Shown piece after piece: positions 37,374 to 47,043 of a stretch of DNA of 64,000 bases. The notes below the pieces were generated by a model. It saw only the letters and a program-made list of their open reading frames with translations, was not told where the DNA came from and did not search any database. The DNA is from Candidatus Latescibacterota bacterium (GTDB lineage: Bacteria; Latescibacterota; UBA2968): NCBI GenBank assembly GCA_965205975.1, contig OZ242195.1, positions 4,224,001 through 4,288,000 on the forward strand, in the 5' to 3' direction. Position 1 is the stretch's first letter; every line of letters begins with the position of its first letter. The translations under genes were made by a program, and so were the position numbers.

Positions 37374-39827
37374 ATGAAGAGGATTGTGCTGTTGTTTTTG
37401 TGCGTTGTATGTCTTGCCATCAGTACACAGGCGTATGGTCAGGGGGCGGTGCGGGGTACGGTGCGCGATGCTTCCAATGGCGAGACTCTGCCGAATGCCA
37501 ATGTTGTGATTGACAGTTTGCAAATTGGTGTGGCGACGGATAAGGCTGGTTATTTTGTGATTGGGAATCTGTCGCCGGGTTTGCACAGGGTTTCGGCGAG
37601 TTATATCGGCTATGAGAGCCGGTCTGTTCAGGTCGTGGTTATACAGGGTGAGACTGCGCGGATTGTGATTGAGTTGGAGCCTGCGGAATTGATGGGGGAA
37701 GAGATCGAAGCCATAGGCGAACGCGTGGCGCCGACTGAGGTGACGCCTGTGAGTGCGTTTGGTACGCGGGTGACGGAGTTGGCGCGCATTCCGACGGTGG
37801 GGCAGCCCGATTTGATGCGCGGGATTCAATTGCTTCCGGGCGTGCAGGCCGCGAGTGAAAATTCCGCGGGTCTGTATGTACGCGGGGGAACGCCGGGGCA
37901 AAATTTGATTCTGCTTGATGATGTGGTGGTCTATAATCCGAATCATTTGTTTGGGTTTTTTAGCACGTTTAATCCCGATGCATTAAAGGATGTCACTCTG
38001 ATTAAGGGGACGTTTCCCGCGCGGTATGGCGACCGTCTGTCGAGTGTGTTGGATATTACAAATTTGGATGGCAACAGAAAGTCTTTCGATGCGCGGGCGT
38101 CCATGGATTTGATCAGTGCGGGGTTGACGGTTGGCGGGCCAGTAGGCGATCGCGGTTCGTGGATGTTTTCGGGACGGCGCACGTATCAAGAGGTTTTGAA
38201 TTCGCCTCTGTTTGATCATATCGTGGATGAAATGTTCAGTACGCGCATTGGCACAATTGGCGCGGTTCCGGGTGCTGGCGGTGGACCGGGGGGATTTGGG
38301 GGCGGTGGCTTTGGGGGACGACAAGGTGGGGGACGGTTTGGGCAGGCGCGGTTCAATTTTCAGCAGCAGACGAGCGATTTTGGGCAGGATTATGGGTTCT
38401 ACGATACGAATTTCAAGCTGAATTTGGATGTGTCTGACAATGACCGGGTTTCGATGAGTGGATATATGGGCAATGATGCGCTGAATCTGTCGCTGCCGTC
38501 TTTTCGAGAGCAAACCCGCGATCAGCTCATGGATTGGGGCAATCGGATTGCGCGGTTTAAGTGGTTGCATATTTATACGGATAATTTGATCGGCAATGTG
38601 CAGATTTCGGCGAGTCGATATCTGTCCAATTTTGATGTTGCGACCAATCAAAACGAGGCCGCCAATAGTGATCAGGCAGGGCAAGGTGGAGGCGGGCGGC
38701 GCGGTTTTGGATTGAATCGCAATAATGAGTTGAACGATTTGACCGCCAAGTTGACGTTTGATCTTTATTCGGGGCCTTTTCACACGACCCGCGTGGGTGC
38801 GCAGTTTACATCGTATGACGCTTTTTACAAGCAGGGCGTGGGAGATTCGATCCGGTCACAGATTAATACGTCGTCTTTTTATCAGACGGGTTTTCTCGAG
38901 CATACGATGCGTTGGGGGCGTCTGGAGTTGACGCCAGGGCTGCGCGTGAGTCATTTCCAGAGTGGCAATTATACCCGATGGTCTCCGCGCGTGGCGGGTT
39001 TGTTTCAATTGGATGATAGGATCGCGTTTAAGGGCGGTTGGGGCATTTATCACCAGTTTGTCAATCTGATTTCGATTGAGGCCAATACTTATACGACCGA
39101 TATGTGGCTGCCGGTGGATGAGACTTTGACACCTGGCAAAGCTGTTCACAATGCGTTTGGCCTTATGTTGACGCCGGGTGATAGCTGGCAGGTTGATCTG
39201 GAGTTTTATCACAAGGATATGGATGATCTGGTGGAGTTTCAGTCCCAGGTTCGTCTGAGCGATTCGACCCCGCTGTCCGATTTGTTCGCCACGGGTTCGG
39301 GAAGATCTTATGGTGGCGAGTTTTTGCTTCGCAAGACTGAGGGGCGTTTGAAGGGTTGGATTGGCTATACGTTGAGTAAGACCGAGCACACTTTTGCCGC
39401 TTTGAATCAGGGCAATCCGTTTCCGCCAAAGTACGACCGGCGACACGATGTTTCTGTTGTGACGGATTATTATCTGGGCAGGGGCTGGAATCTGAATGCC
39501 AACTGGGTTTATGGCACGGGGCAGGCATATACGCTTCCCGAGGCGCGTTATGAGGTGCAGCAGCCGACGGGGCAGTCCATTCCCTATGTGCATGTGTCGG
39601 AAAAGAACGCCTATCGGTTGCCGGCTTATCACCGCATGGATCTGGGTATTACGCGCGATTTCAGGTGGGGTGGCGTTGGTGGGCAGATAGTGTTCAGTGT
39701 GTTTAATGTCTATAATCGACGCAATGTGTGGTATCGCTCGTTTGATGCGACTGAGCCGGAGATTCAGGTGCAGGATGTGCTTCTGCAGCCGATTTTGCCG
39801 AGTGTTGGTTTTCGTTTTAATATGTGA
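37374..39827 (+). CDS. TonB-dependent receptor
   Basis: Signal peptide, CarboxypepD-like domain, plug LYVRGG..QNLILLD, YDRRH, RLPAYHRMD, C-terminal F. Confidence 0.9.
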   Translation: MKRIVLLFLCVVCLAISTQAYGQGAVRGTVRDASNGETLPNANVVIDSLQIGVATDKAGYFVIGNLSPGLHRVSASYIGYESRSVQVVVIQGETARIVIELEPAELMGEEIEAIGERVAPTEVTPVSAFGTRVTELARIPTVGQPDLMRGIQLLPGVQAASENSAGLYVRGGTPGQNLILLDDVVVYNPNHLFGFFSTFNPDALKDVTLIKGTFPARYGDRLSSVLDITNLDGNRKSFDARASMDLISAGLTVGGPVGDRGSWMFSGRRTYQEVLNSPLFDHIVDEMFSTRIGTIGAVPGAGGGPGGFGGGGFGGRQGGGRFGQARFNFQQQTSDFGQDYGFYDTNFKLNLDVSDNDRVSMSGYMGNDALNLSLPSFREQTRDQLMDWGNRIARFKWLHIYTDNLIGNVQISASRYLSNFDVATNQNEAANSDQAGQGGGGRRGFGLNRNNELNDLTAKLTFDLYSGPFHTTRVGAQFTSYDAFYKQGVGDSIRSQINTSSFYQTGFLEHTMRWGRLELTPGLRVSHFQSGNYTRWSPRVAGLFQLDDRIAFKGGWGIYHQFVNLISIEANTYTTDMWLPVDETLTPGKAVHNAFGLMLTPGDSWQVDLEFYHKDMDDLVEFQSQVRLSDSTPLSDLFATGSGRSYGGEFLLRKTEGRLKGWIGYTLSKTEHTFAALNQGNPFPPKYDRRHDVSVVTDYYLGRGWNLNANWVYGTGQAYTLPEARYEVQQPTGQSIPYVHVSEKNAYRLPAYHRMDLGITRDFRWGGVGGQIVFSVFNVYNRRNVWYRSFDATEPEIQVQDVLLQPILPSVGFRFNM

Positions 39828-39841
39828 GAGAGGAATCTGGG

Positions 39842-40672
39842 ATGAGAAAAATACAATGGATATTTTGTTTTGTTCTCGGTCTTGGTGCTGGGGGTTGTAG
39901 CACGGCGCCGACTGAGTCGTTGGGGGAGTTTCGAGAGACGGTTTATGTCGAGGGTTTTTTGCGGGCGGGGAGTCCTGTGTCAGATTTGTTTGTGGGTACG
40001 ACGATGCCGCTTTCCAGTGTGTATGATCGCGATGCGAGCGCGCTGTCCGATGCGCTGGTGACGATTGAGGTGGATGGGGTGTCTTACGAGTTGTCACCTG
40101 TGGTGGATAAGCCGGGTTATTACGAGCAGTCGGATCTGATTGTTGAGTCTGGTAAGACCTATCACTTGTCTGTTACGACGAGGTTGGGTACAGCGACCGC
40201 GCAGACGACGGTGCCGGTTGCACCGCAGGTTTCGGGTGCATCTTCGCTGTTGATTGGGGGTGATGCGTATCGGGTTACATGGGAGGGGGAGACACAGGGG
40301 GGATATGTTACGACGCGCAAGTCTGTGGAGCTTTTGGAGCAAATTCCGCTGGCGAGTCAGTTTGGAAGATTTGGCGGGGGTTTTGGCGGCGCAGTGGATA
40401 CCACGGGGCTGGGCGCGCTGCGGGATAGTATTGCCCGGGCAGATCAATGGCGTTTTTTGCAGGGGCGCTCGTTGTCCTTAAATCCGAGACAGTTTTCGTA
40501 TTATGGCATATATTCATTTCTGGTCTATGCGCTGGATGAGAATTACGGCGATTATTTGATTTCGAGCGCGCAGGATGAAGCGGCGTTGGATGAGCCGCGG
40601 TTTCATGTGAAGGGGGGTATTGGTTTGTTCGCTTCTATGGCCGCGGATTCTGTGGTTTTTCGGGTGGAGTGA
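39842..40672 (+). CDS. DUF4249-like lipoprotein, partner of the receptor
   Basis: Lipobox AGGC, VYVEGFL, HVKGGIGLF. Confidence 0.75.
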   Translation: MRKIQWIFCFVLGLGAGGCSTAPTESLGEFRETVYVEGFLRAGSPVSDLFVGTTMPLSSVYDRDASALSDALVTIEVDGVSYELSPVVDKPGYYEQSDLIVESGKTYHLSVTTRLGTATAQTTVPVAPQVSGASSLLIGGDAYRVTWEGETQGGYVTTRKSVELLEQIPLASQFGRFGGGFGGAVDTTGLGALRDSIARADQWRFLQGRSLSLNPRQFSYYGIYSFLVYALDENYGDYLISSAQDEAALDEPRFHVKGGIGLFASMAADSVVFRVE

Positions 40673-40689
40673 TCCAGCTTCCCTAATGC

Positions 40690-40718
40690 AAAAGCCGCTC
40701 GTTTGAGCGGCTTTTTTT
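40690..40718. terminator. Bidirectional terminator
   Basis: AAAAGCCGCTC-GTTT-GAGCGGCTTTTTTT between convergent genes. Confidence 0.85.
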
Positions 40719-40732
40719 GTTTCTGATGGTGT

Positions 40733-41644
40733 TTAAGCTGTCTCTTCAGTCGGGTTGGGTGTCTGGTTTGTGTTTTGTTCGGCAAGGGCAGTCAGTCCAC
40801 CAATGGCCCCCAGGTTCATCGATTCCAGGGCAGAACTCGGTACGATGACCAGAGAGCCTTTTTCTTTGAGTCCTTCAAAGAGCATGTTCATACCGCGCAG
40901 TTGCAGGGCGACGGGGTTATTGTGATAGTTTTCGCTGGCTTGAGAGAATTTTTCTGAGATTTCGGTTTCGGCTGTGCCCAGGATGATCCGGGCCTGGCGC
41001 TCTCTTTCTGCCTGGGCTTGCTTGCTCATGGCGTCTGCAAGGTCGGGTGGTATAACGATGTCTTTGATGCCGACACTTTGACAGGTAATGCCCCAGGAAC
41101 TGGTCGTTTCGTCGAGGGCCTGTTGCAATGCCTCGGCGATCTTTTCTCGATTTTGCAGGAGATCTGCCAATTCGTGTTTGCCGATGATGTCGCGCAGACC
41201 AGTCCGGGAGACGAGAGAGACAGCGTATTCGTATTCCTGAACTTCGAGGGCGGCTTTTTCAGCATCCCAAACGGTCCAATAGACGACGGCATCAACGTTG
41301 ACCGGGACAGTGTCTTTTGTCAGGGTAGAGTCGGCTCTAATGTCAGTAACCCGGACTCGCTGGTCGATATATTTATCGACCCGGTCGATGATGGGTATGA
41401 TGAGAAACCAACCCGGTCCTTTTAAGCCGATAAATTTTCCCATACGCAAGACCACGGCTTTTTCCCACTGGTCAGAGATTTTCAATGTGGCGGCAATAAA
41501 TAGCGTAGCCGCCAGTCCGGTCAGGGCAATGGTTAAAGAAATTAGGTCCGTATAGAACAGGGTTGCGTTTGCCAGTGTGAGGATGAGGAAAATGAAGATT
41601 GAGACGAGATTGACATGCTTGTTCAGAGGAATTTTATCGTTCAT
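40733..41644 (-). CDS. SPFH/slipin (stomatin-like) protein
   Basis: AVVLRMG..GPG, LTKDTVPVNVDAV, AMSKQAQAERERQAR. Confidence 0.9.
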   Translation of the reverse strand: MNDKIPLNKHVNLVSIFIFLILTLANATLFYTDLISLTIALTGLAATLFIAATLKISDQWEKAVVLRMGKFIGLKGPGWFLIIPIIDRVDKYIDQRVRVTDIRADSTLTKDTVPVNVDAVVYWTVWDAEKAALEVQEYEYAVSLVSRTGLRDIIGKHELADLLQNREKIAEALQQALDETTSSWGITCQSVGIKDIVIPPDLADAMSKQAQAERERQARIILGTAETEISEKFSQASENYHNNPVALQLRGMNMLFEGLKEKGSLVIVPSSALESMNLGAIGGLTALAEQNTNQTPNPTEETA

Positions 41645-42026
41645 GGTCTGCTCCTTGTCGTTGTTGTAGTTCTTTGATCAAGTCTGCAAGGTTGAATCCG
41701 TAAGCCGCGGCGATGCTCTGGAATTCATTGCATATACCAGTCAGCTTTTTTTCTTTTTCGTTGTCGGGAATCTCTACTTTTACTGGCGCGATAAATGTTC
41801 CTGAACCCTGCTGGGTTTCCAGAATGTTTTTAATTTCCAGTTCCCGATAGGCTTTGCTGATGGTGTTGAGATTGACTTTGAGTTCTACGGCCAACGCGCG
41901 AACGGTGGGCAATTGGTCTCCTACATTCAATTTGCCAGCAGCAATGCCATAGCGAATCTGGTCAATGATCTGGCGATAGAAAGGGATACCGCTTCTGGGG
42001 TCTAATTCAAAATTCATCCTGGACAT
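41634..42026 (-). CDS. GntR regulator, YtrA subfamily
   Basis: PFYRQI, LPTVRALA, NTISKAYREL, GSGTF; about 130 aa. Confidence 0.9.
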   Translation of the reverse strand: MSRMNFELDPRSGIPFYRQIIDQIRYGIAAGKLNVGDQLPTVRALAVELKVNLNTISKAYRELEIKNILETQQGSGTFIAPVKVEIPDNEKEKKLTGICNEFQSIAAAYGFNLADLIKELQQRQGADHER

Positions 42027-42061
42027 ACCTCACGTTTTAGAATATGCTTGTCGAATCGTAT

Positions 42062-42104
42062 CATTGTCATAGTAAAATATGACAATGTGACAAGTGGTTG
42101 TCAA
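42062..42104 (-). promoter_or_regulatory. Perfect palindromic operator overlapping the gntR promoter
   Basis: CATTGTCATA-N6-TATGACAATG (42062-87); TTGACA (42099-104) - 17 bp - CATATT on the minus strand. Confidence 0.7.
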
Positions 42105-42148
42105 GGGGAATTTCTATTTTGAAGTATTTCGGGTAGGGTGATCCAGCG

Positions 42149-43447
42149 TCAGGCGTCTGTTTCTGGTGGCGTTTCTTGACGCGCCATGCGGATGCCTTTT
42201 TGTTCGTCAACGCTACGCAAGAGGAGACCGCCTATGATGAAGAACAGGCCTACGGTTGCCATGCCGTAGCGCTGGGATCCAAAGGCTTGTGTGATGACGC
42301 CCATGAGGAGGGGACCGAGAAATGCGGTGGCTTTTCCCGAGAAGGCGTAGAAGCCGTAAAATTCGGTTTCTTTGTTTTGGGGGACAAAACGTCCCATGAG
42401 GGAGCGGCTGGCCGATTGGTTTGGTCCAGCGAATAGGCCGACGAGGAGGCCCGCGACCCAGAACCAGATTTTTTCCTGGGGTACGACGGCGATGATCGCC
42501 GCGATGACGAATCCGACGAGGGTGATCTGGATGGTGAGTTTGCCGCCCAGGCGGTCGTCCAGGTACCCAAAACACCATGCGCCGATGCCAGCTGCGATGT
42601 TGACGATGATGCCGAAGAAGAGGACTTCTTCAAATGTGAATCCAAATGTGCCTGCCGCATAAATGCCGCCAAACGCAAAGACGGTGATCAGGCCGTCGTT
42701 ATAGACGAGGCGCGCGAGCAGGAGTTTGAAGATTTCCCGGTAGCGCTGGAGTTCGCGGAAGGTTTGGAGGATGCGTCGGTAGGATGCGACCAGGCCTGGT
42801 TTACCGTCGGTTTGTCGCGCAGGGGGTGCGGGTAAATAGAATAGTGCCGGGAGGCTGAAGATGGCAAACCAGATTGCAACACCGATGTTTGTCGCCCGGA
42901 TGTGTGCATGGGTTTCTTTGGTGAGGCCAAACCACGGGGTTTCTGCGGATACAAAGCCGACCATGAGGACGGCCATTGAGAGCAGGCCTCCGAAATATCC
43001 CACGCCCCATGCCTGTCCCGATATGCGACCGATGCGTTCGGGCGGGGCAATGTCGGGCAAGAAGGCGTTGTAAAATACGATGCCCATTTCAAAGCAGATA
43101 CAGGCGATGATGTAGAGGGTTAGTGCATAGATGGCTTGCCCTTGTTGCGGGAAATAGAGCAGTGCGGTGAAGATGACGGCGAGGAATGTGAAGAATATTA
43201 AAAAGCGTTTGCGATATCCGCCCTGGTCAGATAATGCGCCGAGGGGTGGGGACAGCAGTGCGACGACGAGCATGATGATGCCGACGCCGCGAGACCATAA
43301 GGCCGTGCCGATAATTTCATTTTCAGCGATGACTTTGGTAAAAAACGCCGCGTAGATAAATGTGGTGACGTTATTGGCAAAGGACGAGTTCGCAAAGTCA
43401 TACATCATCCACGAGATGATGGTTTTTCGGTTTTTTGAGTTGGGCAT
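42149..43447 (-). CDS. MFS transporter (Atg22/UMF1-like)
   Basis: SWMMYDFANS, FYNAFLP, GPNQSASRS, FYGFY. Confidence 0.88.
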   Translation of the reverse strand: MPNSKNRKTIISWMMYDFANSSFANNVTTFIYAAFFTKVIAENEIIGTALWSRGVGIIMLVVALLSPPLGALSDQGGYRKRFLIFFTFLAVIFTALLYFPQQGQAIYALTLYIIACICFEMGIVFYNAFLPDIAPPERIGRISGQAWGVGYFGGLLSMAVLMVGFVSAETPWFGLTKETHAHIRATNIGVAIWFAIFSLPALFYLPAPPARQTDGKPGLVASYRRILQTFRELQRYREIFKLLLARLVYNDGLITVFAFGGIYAAGTFGFTFEEVLFFGIIVNIAAGIGAWCFGYLDDRLGGKLTIQITLVGFVIAAIIAVVPQEKIWFWVAGLLVGLFAGPNQSASRSLMGRFVPQNKETEFYGFYAFSGKATAFLGPLLMGVITQAFGSQRYGMATVGLFFIIGGLLLRSVDEQKGIRMARQETPPETDA

Positions 43448-43473
43448 GGTTTTAGTCGCGATCCAGAAGTTTT

Positions 43474-46400
43474 TTAAGCCGCGTTGTCATAATATGGCGA
43501 GGGTAATTTGGGGTAGGCGCGGTAGATGTGTCTGAAGACGTCTTCGGTTTTTGTTTCTATGTCCTTTTCCGTGTATTTGTGAGGCAGGCCAGTTTCGTCG
43601 CTGAAGAGAAAGTCATAGATGGATGTTCGTACGGCGTCTCGGGTCGCTTCTTTTTCGCACCATTGGTGGACGCGCAGTTTACTAACTTTTAGTTTTTTCA
43701 GGAGGCTGACAGCCACTTTTTTTATTTGCGCGATTTCGCCCGTGTTCAGGTTGGGTTTTTTCAAGAGGTCGAAGATGGCAAGAGATTCTTCGTCGAGTCC
43801 CTCGCGAACAGCCCGGGTTTCTTCCTTATCCAATTCCTGCACCAGTTTGAGCAATGCCTCGAAGGTTCGTTCTATTGTTATCTGGTCCTTTTCGCGGTTG
43901 TACGCTGCCACGATTGCTTCGTAGTGGTGCTGGAAGTCCGTGCGTAAGGGGTTTTGCTGCATTAGTTGTTGCAATTTTTGTTCTATTGCTTGTCTGAGGT
44001 TTTGGACGGTGGTGTTTTTTTCGGGGCTGCGCGCGAATTCTCGCTTCAGACGCTCGAAGTCTATCTGGCTGATGTCGTAAGGGTGCCGACCTTCAGCCGC
44101 AGGACTCATCTTGGGTTTAATAGCCTCATCTACTACCCGCTGTAATTGCATTAGAATGTCTGAGATGTCGGCCTGATTGCGGTCTTGCTGGAGGCTTTTG
44201 TACACGATGTCAATGGCGTCGCGGTCTTTGCGATACGTGTTGATGTTCTGGACGTTGACGCAGGCTTTGTATTTTTTGAATACTTCGCGGCACATGACTT
44301 CGAAGCGTTTGCGGGTTTCGTCGTTTTCGTTGACGGCTTCTTTGCAGGCTACGATCGCTGCGTTGCGGAGGAAGCCCGTTTTTGTGATGATGTCGTCCAG
44401 TGGTGCGTTGCGTTTGTCGAGGAAGTCGCGCAATAGGGCGATTGCTTCGGCGAGGTCTGATAGGAGTTCTTCGTCGGGTTTTGCAGGATCGGTCGGTGCG
44501 CTATCTCCATCCGGTTGCGTGCCAGCGAAGGTTGCGAGTGCCTGGCGTAGATGGACGAGGACGCCGCAGTAATCTACGATCAGGCCGTTGTTTTTGTTTT
44601 CGTTCACGCGGTTGGCGCGGGCAATGGCCTGCATGAGGGTGTGGGCTTTGAGTGGTTTGTCGAGGTAGAGCGTTGAGAGGCACGGGACATCGAAACCCGT
44701 TAGCCACATGGCGCAGACAATGGCGATGCGGAATGGGTGTTCCTCATCTTTGAAGGCTTCGTCCAGTTCCATGCGTTGCTTGTTCTGGTATTGTGGTTTG
44801 TTTCTCATGGTTTCGGGCAAGTCCATGCCTTCTTTGATGAGCCTGCGGTGCGGGATGATGTCCAGTTCCCAGTTGTCGAATTTTTCGACTTCGCCCTGTT
44901 CTTCGCTGATTACGACTGCTATACGGGTCTCTCGCATCCATTCGATCTTCTGTCGCAGGTATGTTTTCTCTTCTTCATCCGTTGTCCGCGATAGCTTCTC
45001 TTCCAGTTTTCCGATGTGTTCATGCCAGTAGAATTCAATCAGTTTGTGCATTCGCACGCAGGTTATTTTGTCGATGCAGACCAGCATGGCTTTGCCGGTT
45101 TCCCAGGCGGCTGCGTAGTGTCGCGTGAAGTCCCGCGCCAGTTGGTCGAGCCGTTTGCCCGCGGTGATGATGTGGTAGGCGCGTTTGAGTTCTCGTTCGA
45201 GGTGCTGTTCCTCGTCGATGTCGCTGATTTCAGCTTCTTCCAATTTTTCGGCGATGCGTTCGTTCAAGTCATCAATGGCTACGCCCAGTTTGTCGCCGCG
45301 TGCGTCGTAGTAGAGGGGTAGCGTGGCGTTGTCTTCTACTGCGCGCTGGAAGTCGTAGGTGGAGACGTAGTCGCCGAAGACGCGGCGCGTGATTTCGTCG
45401 TCTTTGAATAGCGGTGTGCCGGTGAAGCCCATGTAGGAGGCATTGGGTAGGGCGGCGCGCATGTTGGCTGCTAACTCGCCGTATTGGGTGCGGTGCGCTT
45501 CGTCGGTGATGACGATGATGTCGTCGCGCTGGGTGTAGCCTTTTTTGGGATCTATGTCCTCCTGGTTGAATTTCTGGATGAGGGAGAAGATGTGCGATTT
45601 GTGTTCGGTCAATAGCTGGTTCAGGTGTGGCCCGTCTGCTGCGCGGCAGGGGTCTCGGTCGTTTACAACGCCGCAGCCAGCGAAGGTTTTGTAGATTTGC
45701 GTGTCCAGGTCTGTGCGGTCGGTGAGGATTAGGAAGGTGAAGTTGCCGCCGAGTTTGCGATGCACTTTGCGGGTGAATAGTACCATTGAGTAGCTTTTGC
45801 CAGCGCCCTGTGTGTGCCAGAAGACGCCGAGTTTGCCCTGGCGTGCTTTGCGGTCGCGCACGGCTTCAATGGCGCGGTTTACGCCGAGGAACTGGTGGTT
45901 GCGGGCGAGGATTTTCTTTGTTTCGCCCGATGTTTCGTCGAAGAGGATGAAGTTTTCTATGATGTCCATGAAGTCGCGTTTGTTGCAGACGCCTTTGAGG
46001 AGGGTTTCCATATCGACGACGCCGGGTTCTTCTTCGGATAGGCGTTTCCATTCGTGGAAGTGGTCCCACTCGCTGGTGATGGAGCCGAGTTTTGCTTTTT
46101 CGCCGTTGCCAAACATGACGATGGCGTTGTGGTGGAAGATGTGGGGGATGGTGTCGCGGTAGTCCGAGTAGTTGCCGTTGTACGCGGCTTTGAGGTCCCG
46201 GTGGATGTTTTTGCATTCGATGAAGAGGAGGGGCAGGCCGTTGACGAAGCCGATGATGTCTGCCCGTCTGCGGTAGAGGTCGCCCTTTATCCACAATTCG
46301 CGCACGCAGAGGAAGTGGTTATTTTCGGGGGTTTTAAAATCGAAGATTTGGAGGTGTTCCCGCACCTGCTCGCCGTTGGCGTTGCGGAATGTGACGGGTA

Positions 46401-46710
46401 CGCCGTTGCGGATGAAATCGTATTTTTCGCGGTTGGTGGCGACGATGCTTTGCGAAGCGGTGGTGGATGTGATTTGACGGATCGCGTCGCTGTAGGCGTC
46501 TTCGGGCAGGCCGGGGTTCAGAGTTCGCAAGGCTGTGAGCAGATAGCGCGTGAGTACCACTTCGCGATCAGAGGTGCGACCGAGCAGGCTATTTGGTCCG
46601 AAGTCCTCATTGTTATAGGCATATACGGATTCCCAGCCGAGTTGTTGTTCGAGATACTCGGCTGTGGTCTGTTGAACGAGGGTGTCTTCAGTGTAGGGGG
46701 TTGGGTTCAT
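43474..46710 (-). CDS. hsdR: Type I restriction endonuclease subunit R
   Basis: ADIIGFVNGLPLLFIECK, WHTQGAGKS, DEAHR, FTGTP, TGFD, QAIARANR; start MNPTPY. Confidence 0.93.
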   Translation of the reverse strand: MNPTPYTEDTLVQQTTAEYLEQQLGWESVYAYNNEDFGPNSLLGRTSDREVVLTRYLLTALRTLNPGLPEDAYSDAIRQITSTTASQSIVATNREKYDFIRNGVPVTFRNANGEQVREHLQIFDFKTPENNHFLCVRELWIKGDLYRRRADIIGFVNGLPLLFIECKNIHRDLKAAYNGNYSDYRDTIPHIFHHNAIVMFGNGEKAKLGSITSEWDHFHEWKRLSEEEPGVVDMETLLKGVCNKRDFMDIIENFILFDETSGETKKILARNHQFLGVNRAIEAVRDRKARQGKLGVFWHTQGAGKSYSMVLFTRKVHRKLGGNFTFLILTDRTDLDTQIYKTFAGCGVVNDRDPCRAADGPHLNQLLTEHKSHIFSLIQKFNQEDIDPKKGYTQRDDIIVITDEAHRTQYGELAANMRAALPNASYMGFTGTPLFKDDEITRRVFGDYVSTYDFQRAVEDNATLPLYYDARGDKLGVAIDDLNERIAEKLEEAEISDIDEEQHLERELKRAYHIITAGKRLDQLARDFTRHYAAAWETGKAMLVCIDKITCVRMHKLIEFYWHEHIGKLEEKLSRTTDEEEKTYLRQKIEWMRETRIAVVISEEQGEVEKFDNWELDIIPHRRLIKEGMDLPETMRNKPQYQNKQRMELDEAFKDEEHPFRIAIVCAMWLTGFDVPCLSTLYLDKPLKAHTLMQAIARANRVNENKNNGLIVDYCGVLVHLRQALATFAGTQPDGDSAPTDPAKPDEELLSDLAEAIALLRDFLDKRNAPLDDIITKTGFLRNAAIVACKEAVNENDETRKRFEVMCREVFKKYKACVNVQNINTYRKDRDAIDIVYKSLQQDRNQADISDILMQLQRVVDEAIKPKMSPAAEGRHPYDISQIDFERLKREFARSPEKNTTVQNLRQAIEQKLQQLMQQNPLRTDFQHHYEAIVAAYNREKDQITIERTFEALLKLVQELDKEETRAVREGLDEESLAIFDLLKKPNLNTGEIAQIKKVAVSLLKKLKVSKLRVHQWCEKEATRDAVRTSIYDFLFSDETGLPHKYTEKDIETKTEDVFRHIYRAYPKLPSPYYDNAA

Positions 46711-46732
46711 TCTGATAGTGCTACCAATCTGT

Positions 46733-46881
46733 GCTGTGACTCTGGCTCTCACTCTGGCCTTGACTCTGGCCCTCACTCTGGCTGTGACTCTGGCTGCGAC
46801 CTGGTCCCGACTTGGTCCCGAACTTATGCGGTGACTTATGCGGTGACTTGTGCGATCAGTCGCGGTGAAGTTTGAAGTGTG
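46733..46881 (-). pseudogene. 12-bp repeat tract, remnant of Fic/RecG-C type linker repeats
   Basis: One frame reads QVTA*VTA*VRDQVGTRSQPESQPE*GPESRPE*EPES. Confidence 0.5.
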
Positions 46882-46894
46882 CAATGATAGCAAC

Positions 46895-47011
46895 TGTCAT
46901 CGCGGCAGGGTGTTAGCCGCGATCCAGTGTTTTTTGCTTTTGACTTTCATCCTGCCCATCCTTTCATCCTGCCCATCCTGATGAACTGGTCTGGAAATCG
47001 ACCAGTTGTAC
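46895..47011. repeat. CGTC-type REP, CATCCT repeats and AACTGGTC-N8-GACCAGTT palindrome
   Basis: REP and palindrome recur at 63752-63847. Confidence 0.7.
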
Positions 47012-47043
47012 CCCGCTTCAGACGGTGTTTGTTGTCATTGCGG

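Noticed and set aside
38856..40097. Long antisense ORFs (also 26170..27369, 23792..24691, 32566..33453, 59502..60341)
   Set aside because: Shadow frames of well-supported genes, with no motifs of their own
46711..46893. 61-aa N-terminal extension of HsdR in the ORF track
   Set aside because: Translates a 12-bp repeat scar; HsdR-like sequence begins at MNPTPYTED
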